Shown here piece by piece: positions 1 through 7,664 of a DNA stretch of 64,000 bases. The position numbers were made by a program, and so were the translations under genes. The notes below the pieces were generated by a model. The model did not search any database and was not told the DNA's origin. It worked only from the letters and a program-made list of their open reading frames with translations. Position 1 is the stretch's first letter; every line of letters begins with the position of its first letter. The stretch comes from a virus (taxonomy: Duplodnaviria; Caudoviricetes). The stretch covers positions 1 through 64,000 of the IMG/VR virus record IMGVR_UViG_3300031998_000024; one strand, given 5' to 3'.

Positions 1-30
1 TCCACAACTTGGACATTTTGATGCTGCCAT
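1..30 (-). CDS. 5' end of a minus-strand gene running off the window (MAASKCPSCG, zinc-ribbon-like start)
   Basis: CAT at 28-30, AT-rich leader, CxxC motif, promoter immediately upstream. Confidence 0.55.
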   Translation of the reverse strand, partial: MAASKCPSCG

Positions 31-55
31 AATTTTTATATTTAGATTAGTTCGG

Positions 56-87
56 CAAAGATACGGCAAATTTTATTTCTCAGCAAA
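56..87 (-). promoter_or_regulatory. Bacteroidetes primary-sigma promoter (-33 TTTG / -7 TAnnTTTG)
   Basis: Minus strand reads TTTG (87-84), 20-nt spacer, TATCTTTG (63-56), about 25 nt upstream of the ATG at 30. Confidence 0.75.
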
Positions 88-110
88 GTTATTATACAAG
101 TAAACTAACA

Positions 111-1178
111 ATGAAAGGAGAAATAAAAATGAAAACAATCAAAGGGTTTGACAACAACCTGCAATGCCGTGGCTTTCAATATGAAATCGGCAAGACCTAC
201 AATCAAGAAGGAAACATTAAGGCATGTAAAAACGGATTTCACGCTATTAGTGAAGATAGCGCACCGCTGTCTGTATTCAATTATTATGCGCCAGTTGCTG
301 AAAACGGTAAATCGTCACGATATTGCGAAGTTGAAGCAAGCGGCGATATAGATAAAACAGATGATAAAATTGCTTGCTCGCAAATTACAATCGGTGCTGA
401 AATAGGAATACCTGTAATAACAAAGGCGCATGTTGAGTGGGTGAAGAAGCATATCATCAACGAGAAAAAGGAAACAAATACGGGTGACCATTCAGCCGCT
501 ACAAATACGGGTTATCAGTCAGCCGCTACAAATACTGGTGATTATTCAGCCGCTACAAATACGGGTAATTATTCAGCCGCTACAAATACGGGTTATCAGT
601 CAGCCGCTACAAATACGGGTTATTATTCAGCCGCTACAAATACTGGTGATTATTCAGCCGCTACAAATACGGGTAATTATTCAGCCGCTACAAATACGGG
701 TAATTATTCAGCCGCTACAAATACTGGTGATTATTCAGCCGCTACAAATACGGGTGACCATTCAGCCGCTACAAATACGGGTGACCATTCAGCCGCTACA
801 AATACTGGTGATTATTCAGCCGCTACAAATACGGGTAATTATTCAGCCGCTACAAATACGGGTTATCAGTCAGCCGCTACAAATACGGGTTATTATTCAG
901 CCGCTACAAATACGGGTAATTGTTCAGCCGCTACAAATACGGGTAATTGTTCAGCCGCCAGTGTTGAGGGTAAGGATAGCGTGGCGATTGCAACTGGTTA
1001 TCAAAGTAAGGCTAAGGGTGCGTTAGGTTGCGCAATAGTTGTGGTTGAAAGAGGTGATTGGAACGGTGGAACTTATCCGCTGAAAGCGATTTGTTCCGCT
1101 ATTGTTGATGGTGTGAAGATTAAAGCCGATACTTGGTACACCGTGAAAGATGGTCAATTTGTTGAGGTGGAGGACTGA
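111..1178 (+). CDS. Phage protein with 9-aa SAATNTGxx tandem repeats (beta-solenoid-like)
   Basis: N-terminal KGFDxxLxCRGFQYEIGKTY motif, 18 repeats, C-terminal VDGVKIKADTWY motif typical of this phage repeat family. Confidence 0.85.
   Translation: MKGEIKMKTIKGFDNNLQCRGFQYEIGKTYNQEGNIKACKNGFHAISEDSAPLSVFNYYAPVAENGKSSRYCEVEASGDIDKTDDKIACSQITIGAEIGIPVITKAHVEWVKKHIINEKKETNTGDHSAATNTGYQSAATNTGDYSAATNTGNYSAATNTGYQSAATNTGYYSAATNTGDYSAATNTGNYSAATNTGNYSAATNTGDYSAATNTGDHSAATNTGDHSAATNTGDYSAATNTGNYSAATNTGYQSAATNTGYYSAATNTGNCSAATNTGNCSAASVEGKDSVAIATGYQSKAKGALGCAIVVVERGDWNGGTYPLKAICSAIVDGVKIKADTWYTVKDGQFVEVED
474..959 (+). repeat. 18 x 27-bp coding tandem repeat
   Basis: Unit acaaatac(g/t)ggtNNNNNNtcagccgct; amino-acid variation confined to two codons. 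Confidence 0.95.
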
Positions 1179-1182
1179 ATGT

Positions 1183-1578
1183 ATGAGAATACTATGTGTT
1201 TTACAAAATGCTTGGGGTGATAGAAGGTTGCCTATTAGATTTGTTCCTAATCCTTATAATAAAAGTGCGAAGGTAATTAGAAAAATGGTTGGTGAAAACT
1301 ATTACGAATTTGCTAACACAACAGATGTGGTTACTCAAACACCGAATGAAAAACCTAAACCAAATTATCAACATTTCAAAAGAGTTATAGTAGAAATGAA
1401 AAAGTTTGATTTAGTATTAGTTTGTGGTAATCAAGCGAAAGAAGTTGTGAATAAGTTTATTGAAGATGTGAAAGCAACTAATGTTCCGTTTTTATTCGTA
1501 CCACATCCAGCAGCAAGAAATTTATCAAATAGCATGATTTCAGAAATACATGATAAAATTAGGAGTTACGAAAGATGA
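1183..1578 (+). CDS. Uracil-DNA glycosylase superfamily-like protein
   Basis: LVLVCGNQA and VPHPAAR resemble UDG-fold motifs; ATG at 1183 preferred over the track start. Confidence 0.45.
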   Translation: MRILCVLQNAWGDRRLPIRFVPNPYNKSAKVIRKMVGENYYEFANTTDVVTQTPNEKPKPNYQHFKRVIVEMKKFDLVLVCGNQAKEVVNKFIEDVKATNVPFLFVPHPAARNLSNSMISEIHDKIRSYER

Positions 1579-2237
1579 ACACTTACAGCAAGTATTGCCC
1601 TAATGTATGGGTCGCAAAGTGCAGCGAAAAGCACGACAAGGGAGAAACAATCATTCTTACTACTAAGCATGGCAAGGAAAACGAATGTATTGTTTGGAAT
1701 TTCCTGTATGAAAAAGACGGATTCTATTATTACTCTATTACCAGAGCAGATGGTTACAATTCGCAAGAACGAGCAAGAGCAAAAGTTGAAAAATATGAGG
1801 ATTGGGCTGATAGGGCGCACCAAAGGTCTGATGAAGCGTTTGATAAGTCGCATAAGGCGGTTGAGCATATTCCGCTTGGTCAGCCTATTCTTGTAGGACA
1901 TCATTCCGAAGGTGCCCATCGTGCTGCTATCAAGCGTTCTGATGGTGCAATGAGAAAGAGTGTTGAGGAAATGCACAAGGCAGAGGCGCACGAATCTAAG
2001 GCTGAATATTGGCGAAGGATGGAAGGTAAGATAGACCTATCAATGCCTGAAAGTATAGAGTATTTTGCTCATAAACTTGAAGTAGCAAGGGAATATCACG
2101 AAGGTTTAAAGTCGGGTAAATATCCTAAGCAACACATGTATTCCGTGACCTATGCTAAGAATGCTGTAAATGAAGCGCAAAAGAATCTGAATATTGCTAT
2201 AAAGTTATGGGGTGAAAATAAGGAGGCAGAACAATGA
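1575..2237 (+). CDS. DUF3560-family protein
   Basis: IPLGQPILVGHHSExxHR signature. Confidence 0.75.
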   Translation: MNTYSKYCPNVWVAKCSEKHDKGETIILTTKHGKENECIVWNFLYEKDGFYYYSITRADGYNSQERARAKVEKYEDWADRAHQRSDEAFDKSHKAVEHIPLGQPILVGHHSEGAHRAAIKRSDGAMRKSVEEMHKAEAHESKAEYWRRMEGKIDLSMPESIEYFAHKLEVAREYHEGLKSGKYPKQHMYSVTYAKNAVNEAQKNLNIAIKLWGENKEAEQ

Positions 2238-2383
2238 GTTGTATTTGGAATGTAAAACCAACCGAAAGGCATTGCGGATATTATGTTGTAGAAAATTGTA
2301 ATGAGAGATTGCCGAAACAACCTCAAACTATAACATCAACGCAATCAACATTTGAACAAGTAGATTGGCCGATGATTCAATAA
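2234..2383 (+). CDS. Small hypothetical protein (49 aa, not in ORF track)
   Basis: ATGA overlap with upstream stop; MSCIWNVKPTERHCGYYVVENC...; fills the gap to the next gene. Confidence 0.45.
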   Translation: MSCIWNVKPTERHCGYYVVENCNERLPKQPQTITSTQSTFEQVDWPMIQ

Positions 2384-2391
2384 TCGAAATT

Positions 2392-2745
2392 ATGAGCAGC
2401 AAGAAAACGAATCGTGAAATAAGGGAAACTGTTCGCAACGAAGTTAGCCGTGAATACAAGCATCGTATAGAGCATTTGCAGGATTCCTATAATAAGATGC
2501 GGGATTTTGCTAAGAAGGCAGAGCAAGAGCGTGACGAGGCAATTAAACGCGCTGAGGATGCAGAAGAGAAATTGCGTCAGTATGAAGATTGGATTGAGCG
2601 TTTGCAGGAGTTCTGTAACATGACTGATGAAGACCGTCAAATTGCTATTGATGAGTTTCGTAATAGTAAGAAGGTAGAGAAACAATTTGAGGTTAATCCG
2701 ATATTCAATTCAGAACTTTTCAAATATTTGAAATTTCTAATGTAA
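2392..2745 (+). CDS. Hypothetical coiled-coil protein
   Basis: ORF with charged heptad-like pattern; ATG at 2392. Confidence 0.7.
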   Translation: MSSKKTNREIRETVRNEVSREYKHRIEHLQDSYNKMRDFAKKAEQERDEAIKRAEDAEEKLRQYEDWIERLQEFCNMTDEDRQIAIDEFRNSKKVEKQFEVNPIFNSELFKYLKFLM

Positions 2746-2876
2746 TATAAGGGGTTCAAGTTATCTAATTATAAGTAACAAACCTCCTTTTATTGTTGTT
2801 ACATATTTGGATTGAAAATAGTCTTGAACCTCTTTTATACAGTTATAAGATTGTTATAGTATAGAATTATCTTTAA

Positions 2877-3155
2877 ATGACGAATTTTAATTCACATCCG
2901 TATATTAGGGAGGCTTTTAAGCAAGCTGAAATGGTTGATGCACGCGGAGAAATATGTATTTCGTTACATAGGTTGAAAAATGAATTAGAGAAATACAGAA
3001 TACAGCAAAAAGACCTAAGAGATTATTTATTGCTTTATACATCAGCATCTTATGAGCAGTATAATTATATTATTGGAGTGCTTCCAAGACTATATGACAA
3101 GTCGGCAAATATAGATAAATCGGAATTATTTCAAATAACATCTGGATTAAGATAG
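2877..3155 (+). CDS. Hypothetical protein
   Basis: 92-aa ORF preceded by GTTATAGTATAG motif. Confidence 0.6.
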   Translation: MTNFNSHPYIREAFKQAEMVDARGEICISLHRLKNELEKYRIQQKDLRDYLLLYTSASYEQYNYIIGVLPRLYDKSANIDKSELFQITSGLR

Positions 3156-3243
3156 GCGGTTGATAAGTTATTTGTCTGCCAACTGATAAACTTCAATAAT
3201 CAGCCGCCGTCTTTTTAAGTAATACTTAAATATAAAAATAGGT

Positions 3244-3636
3244 ATGACCATAGTTGCTATTAGTGGTGATTATCCGTATCACATCATCAATAGGGTTGGT
3301 GAAGATGCAACCTTACATGATATTGTTATTATTATTTTAGATAGCATGGGATTTGCTCCTAATATTGCTGTGATGTTGATGAGTGGAAATAATGTATATT
3401 CTGGTATAACATCAAAATACGGTATTGTCTTTCCTAATCTTGCTAATGAGAGTTATACTCTTTATATTGCTGAGAAGGACAAGAATCAAGAACAGATTGA
3501 TGGTGTAGAGTTTGATGAGGCAAAAAAGTTAATACGAATAAAATATATAGGGCAAAATAAAACCCGCTGGGATGGAATGTACGCAAGTACACCTCCTGAA
3601 ATGTATGTGAATACATATGATGGAGGTCACGCATAA
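3244..3636 (+). CDS. Ig-like (carboxypeptidase-regulatory-like) domain protein with C-terminal WDGM...DGGxA motif
   Basis: Paralogous to the C-terminus of 26356..27717 and to 47052..47447. Confidence 0.6.
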   Translation: MTIVAISGDYPYHIINRVGEDATLHDIVIIILDSMGFAPNIAVMLMSGNNVYSGITSKYGIVFPNLANESYTLYIAEKDKNQEQIDGVEFDEAKKLIRIKYIGQNKTRWDGMYASTPPEMYVNTYDGGHA

Positions 3637-3861
3637 GAATTTTCAATACTCGAAAAAATTTTCCCGCTTCGGAAGTGTAACAAAAACGCTGATGTAGTGG
3701 GATTTTCTTTTATCTGCAGAAAAGAATATTAGCGGAAAAATAAAAATCTGAAAATTTTTAGAGGTTTGACAGAAGGTAAGCAGGTATTAGTTATTCAAGA
3801 ATGCTCAAAGAGAGTATTTAATCAATCAAATTTATTGTTCAACCTTAAAAATTTCAAATCA

Positions 3862-4356
3862 ATGGAAAATTCTGAAAGAGGCTTGTCACAGTACGAGCAA
3901 ATTAAGATTTCCGAAATGCACCGTCATGCCAGCGGTACTGCTATTGCAGGTCTGGTCGTCGGTGTTGGCGCAGCCGTTTTAGCAATCGGCGCAGCCGCAT
4001 GGGCAGGTTCCCGTGCAAAGTCGGCACGTGATGTTGCTGACGCTAACAATGCTGGCACCGCCGCACTGTTGAATCGTTTGGCTACTCAGTATGACCAGTA
4101 TTTTGCAGCTGAACGCGCAGAGCGTATCAATGGCGATACGAACATCAGCCAGACGATTACTGACACTATTAGCGGTCAACAGCAAGGCTCACAGTCGCAG
4201 TCACAAACTACGAGTGTTGATAACACGATTTCGCAGATTATGACGCAGACGCTTGCCGATGCTATTACTGGCCGTTCTTCTCTGAATCCCACGCCCGTCA
4301 ACATCTATTCGGCTCCGCAGCCTTGCGGTTGCCCTGGAGGTTGTGGCGGTAGATAA
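3862..4356 (+). CDS. Membrane-anchored protein with Cys/Gly-rich C-terminus (first gene of Cys-rich cassette)
   Basis: Ala/Gly-rich TM segment; ends NPTPVNIYSAPQPCGCPGGCGGR; ATG at 3862. Confidence 0.75.
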   Translation: MENSERGLSQYEQIKISEMHRHASGTAIAGLVVGVGAAVLAIGAAAWAGSRAKSARDVADANNAGTAALLNRLATQYDQYFAAERAERINGDTNISQTITDTISGQQQGSQSQSQTTSVDNTISQIMTQTLADAITGRSSLNPTPVNIYSAPQPCGCPGGCGGR

Positions 4357-4432
4357 AGGGAAGCAGCGTTAAGGTAGAGAAGGAGGCGCGTTGCCAAGCA
4401 TCTAACCTCCTTCTCACCTTAATCTAATTGCA

Positions 4433-4798
4433 ATGTCGTGGTTTAACAGAAAACAGAAAGAACGGATGGACTTCATACAGAATTTCAGACCAACAAGCAA
4501 AATCCAGTTGAAGCAGGTTTGCCAATGGTATGCTAATGGCGACATTAAGAAGGCGCAGGAAATGTATGAGTATTATGCAAAGGACATCAACCTGCCAGAC
4601 TTTGACCCAGTACCACCGACTTGGACTGAAAAACTGAAAGGTGGCGCAGACGGGATTCTTGGTTGGATAAAAGAGAATCAAGACACGCTGTCACAAGGCT
4701 ATGAGTTCATTCGTCAAATCATATCAAACAAAGGTAAGTTGCCACCTATTTCCGCAGGGGAAACTGTAGCGGAAGCATTGCCTTCTATAAACGAATAA
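4433..4798 (+). CDS. Hypothetical protein (cassette)
   Basis: ORF, tight operon packing. Confidence 0.75.
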   Translation: MSWFNRKQKERMDFIQNFRPTSKIQLKQVCQWYANGDIKKAQEMYEYYAKDINLPDFDPVPPTWTEKLKGGADGILGWIKENQDTLSQGYEFIRQIISNKGKLPPISAGETVAEALPSINE

Positions 4799-4810
4799 TA
4801 ACACTGAAAT

Positions 4811-5020
4811 ATGCAAGCATTCAAAGTAGAATCATTCAACATTTGGGCTGAAAGTCAGCAAGAGGCTGACGATATGCGTAAGGCTTTAATCGGCTTCATC
4901 GAAGAACACGGCAAGCAAGGCAGGTATGTTACAGCCGCAAAGATAACTGATGCAATCAGTCATTGGAAGGATAACGCTTTGATTCGTAATAGAGTTATTG
5001 AGCATTTTCAAAATAAATAG
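4811..5020 (+). CDS. Hypothetical protein (cassette)
   Basis: ORF, tight operon packing. Confidence 0.7.
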   Translation: MQAFKVESFNIWAESQQEADDMRKALIGFIEEHGKQGRYVTAAKITDAISHWKDNALIRNRVIEHFQNK

Positions 5021-5022
5021 TC

Positions 5023-5448
5023 ATGCCTAAATTAGAAAATCCTATACAACAACATCGAAATTTCGTCACTTCTCAGATTGAGAAATCGTTTGATAATGAA
5101 TTGCAGAAGGCAAGAAGCGGAGTTTACGCTGATACTCCAGAGAATCGCAAACTTAGCCGCGTAGGTCAACAGTATGGCGGTAAAAAGAAAGATGACAACA
5201 ATCAATTTGACGCAGTAATGCAGTCTTTTGATAAGTTATTGAAGCCGACAGATGATTGGGAGGATGAGGATTGGAATGATGATGAAATGAATAAGAAACT
5301 GAAAAAGGATATTACCAATCTCATCCGTAAGCATAAAATATCCAAGAAGCAATTTGAAAGTATTGCTAAACGCTATCAATGGCTTGATTTATCCTATACG
5401 GATTATATTCCCAACCATAGTAAAGAATACAACGCATTAAACAACTGA
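5023..5448 (+). CDS. Putative internal head protein, GVYADTPENR-tag family member 1
   Basis: IEKS and LQKA then RSGVYADTPENRKLSRVGQQYGG (5107-5181), unique C-terminal domain. Confidence 0.65.
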   Translation: MPKLENPIQQHRNFVTSQIEKSFDNELQKARSGVYADTPENRKLSRVGQQYGGKKKDDNNQFDAVMQSFDKLLKPTDDWEDEDWNDDEMNKKLKKDITNLIRKHKISKKQFESIAKRYQWLDLSYTDYIPNHSKEYNALNN

Positions 5449-5452
5449 CATT

Positions 5453-5686
5453 ATGAACGAAAATACACAACAAGAGCAACATCCTACAACAAGGCCATGC
5501 CCGCAAAATTGTTTGAAATGTACACCGATGCAGCAAATTTACTGCTGCACCAAGATGATGTTTGACCAATCCGCTACCATTCAGAAGATGGCTACAAAAA
5601 TTGAAAGTTTGGAAACAGAAATCGTCAACTTGAAGAATGAATCGCTTTTGAACAAGACCGATTCTTTCAGCGAGCCGATGAAATAA
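5453..5686 (+). CDS. Small Cys-rich coiled-coil protein (cassette)
   Basis: CPQNCLKC...YCC then heptad region. Confidence 0.7.
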   Translation: MNENTQQEQHPTTRPCPQNCLKCTPMQQIYCCTKMMFDQSATIQKMATKIESLETEIVNLKNESLLNKTDSFSEPMK

Positions 5687-5760
5687 AAATATAGCACAAT
5701 AAGGCAAGCGGTGCAGATAATAGGCTGCCGAAATAATAACAACTAAAACAACAAACAACT

Positions 5761-6243
5761 ATGAACGGAAAAACTTATGTGAATTTCCTTACTCCAGTCC
5801 CAGGGAGTACAGAAACAAGTGCATCGTATGTTTTGGGTCTGACCCATTACACTTGCGGAAACAAAAAGATGTGTGTAAACAACGCTGATGGATTCCCGAT
5901 AGCATCGAATCTTGATGTTCAGATTCTTGGCGCACCTCAGCAGTTGCAGGATGGCGTGTATTGCTGCAATGTCCGTTGTATTTGCGATTTGACCTATGAG
6001 CAAGTTTACGGATATGGATGCTGCCCGAATACTTGCCTACAAACCGAAAAGGTGGTTGCGGTGGTTTGCGTACCAGTTACATCTGATACTGTACCGACTG
6101 TATCGGCAAGTGGCGTTACGGCCAGCCCTGCCAATGTAAACTGCGGTTGTTCTTCTACCAATGAAGCAAGCCTCAATATTTCGTTTACTTTGGAAACAAC
6201 GGCTGGAGCAAATGAAACACCTAATCAAAACGGGGGCAATTAA
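5761..6243 (+). CDS. Cys-rich beta-strand protein (cassette)
   Basis: 12 Cys including CCNVRCIC, GCCPNTC, NCGC. Confidence 0.75.
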   Translation: MNGKTYVNFLTPVPGSTETSASYVLGLTHYTCGNKKMCVNNADGFPIASNLDVQILGAPQQLQDGVYCCNVRCICDLTYEQVYGYGCCPNTCLQTEKVVAVVCVPVTSDTVPTVSASGVTASPANVNCGCSSTNEASLNISFTLETTAGANETPNQNGGN

Positions 6244-6248
6244 CAACT

Positions 6249-6599
6249 ATGACTAATTGGACGGATGTTGCAATGTTGGTTTTGTCCTGCGTGTTAGCGA
6301 ATCATATGGGACTAATCGAAGCCATAGAGGGCATAATAAAACACAAGATACCTATTTTGAATTGCGTTAAGTGTTCTACCTTTTGGCTGACATTGTTTTA
6401 TTTCATATTGAATCATAACAATATGATAGTGTCCGTTGCAACATCCTTCCTTTTGTCCTATTCAGCAATTTGGTTAGAACTATTCTTTGGATTTATAGAT
6501 ACGCGCTATGGGAAAATCTACCGAAAAATCTACCAAGGTTCAGAAACCGCAACCTCCGAAAGTGCCGATTACGCTGACCCCGAAAATACCAAGAACTAA
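6249..6599 (+). CDS. Multi-pass membrane protein with CxxC (cassette)
   Basis: Hydrophobic helices flanking LNCVKCSTFW. Confidence 0.7.
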   Translation: MTNWTDVAMLVLSCVLANHMGLIEAIEGIIKHKIPILNCVKCSTFWLTLFYFILNHNNMIVSVATSFLLSYSAIWLELFFGFIDTRYGKIYRKIYQGSETATSESADYADPENTKN

Positions 6600-6635
6600 T
6601 TGTCCTAATTGTTAAACTTGAAAAGAAACAAGGAA

Positions 6636-7145
6636 ATGAAAACAGTAACAGAATTAAAGGAAAGATATGAGCAGTTGTATAAGGATATGGCTGCTTCCAA
6701 CGATACAAGCAAGATGATGCTTTTCGGTTCAGTGATGAATGAACTGATGGAGTATGTTGTTAAAAGGGATTCTGCTTTTGCCGAGCAAGAGATTGATAAG
6801 TTGGAATCCATGAATTGGAAACAGTACTTGACTAAGAGCGAAGCAGAAAGTATTTGCAAGAATTTAGACCCTGAATGTAAGTGGTCGTTTGATGCTTGGG
6901 AAAATGCTTTGAAGTCTTTGGATTTAGAAACGGAGCGTAAACCTTGCTTTAACAAATATGCGCTTTGGGTGACGATGAATGCCCAATACTCAGACCACGC
7001 TGAAACGATTGCTCAGAAGATTCTTGAAGCAACTCTTGAAGAAGCATCTACAGAGCAGATGATTTCAACTATTCATGCGCTTGCCTTAGATTCCTTGCTT
7101 GATAAGGATGAGAGATTTAATGTGAGAAAGTATTTCATAGAATAG
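6636..7145 (+). CDS. Helical hypothetical protein (last gene of cassette)
   Basis: YLTKSEAE...FNKYALWVTMNAQYSDH motif recalled from gut-phage proteins; ATG at 6636. Confidence 0.7.
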   Translation: MKTVTELKERYEQLYKDMAASNDTSKMMLFGSVMNELMEYVVKRDSAFAEQEIDKLESMNWKQYLTKSEAESICKNLDPECKWSFDAWENALKSLDLETERKPCFNKYALWVTMNAQYSDHAETIAQKILEATLEEASTEQMISTIHALALDSLLDKDERFNVRKYFIE

Positions 7146-7215
7146 GTGTATATGAGTGGGGTTACTGTTTGTTTTACTTCACTCATAACTTTTTAATCAT
7201 TGAAACGAAACAATC

Positions 7216-7470
7216 ATGGCTGAAACAATTCAATTAAGGCGCGATACAAAAGCAAATTGGATTCTTTATAATCCGATTCTTGCTGATGGTGAAGTAGGTT
7301 TAGAAACTGATACAAGAAGGCAGAAATTTGGCGATGGTGTTACCCATTGGAATGATTTGCTTTATTCTGAAGATGGTTTTCCTCACGAATGGGTTACGCA
7401 AGAAGAATATGATGTTTTAGTTCCAGAAGAAGGTATGACCTACTTTATTTATGAGGAGGCGTTGCTATGA
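7216..7470 (+). CDS. Stand-alone Mtd_N / phage hyaluronidase N-terminal-like domain protein
   Basis: IQLRRDTKANWxxxNPILADGEVGLETDTxxxKFGDGVTHWNDLLY signature. Confidence 0.8.
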   Translation: MAETIQLRRDTKANWILYNPILADGEVGLETDTRRQKFGDGVTHWNDLLYSEDGFPHEWVTQEEYDVLVPEEGMTYFIYEEALL

Positions 7471-7661
7471 TAGTTCAAGGTACATGGACGGCGGTTAGGA
7501 TTGTCAAGGACGGTAAGGAGGCCACGATGGTTTTCCATGTTGTCAATGGTCGTCCAATACTTGTATGGCAGGCTGTACGCTCATGTTTCGGCAGCGGAGT
7601 TTGGGTGTCGGCAAAACCTTGGTTAGGACAAGAAAAGTGGAAAAACAAGAAAAATTACTAA
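7467..7661 (+). CDS. Small tail-fibre-associated protein
   Basis: VWQAVRSCFGSGVW...PW motif; coupled to the DGR target gene. Confidence 0.65.
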   Translation: MIVQGTWTAVRIVKDGKEATMVFHVVNGRPILVWQAVRSCFGSGVWVSAKPWLGQEKWKNKKNY

Positions 7662-7664
7662 AAT

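Noticed and set aside
474-959. CRISPR-like appearance of the regular repeat
   Set aside because: Contiguous 27-bp in-frame coding units with only 6 variable nt and no unique spacers; no cas genes
484-1026. Alternative-frame 180-aa ORF (IQPLQIRV repeats)
   Set aside because: Shadow of the tandem repeat, with no independent flanking domains
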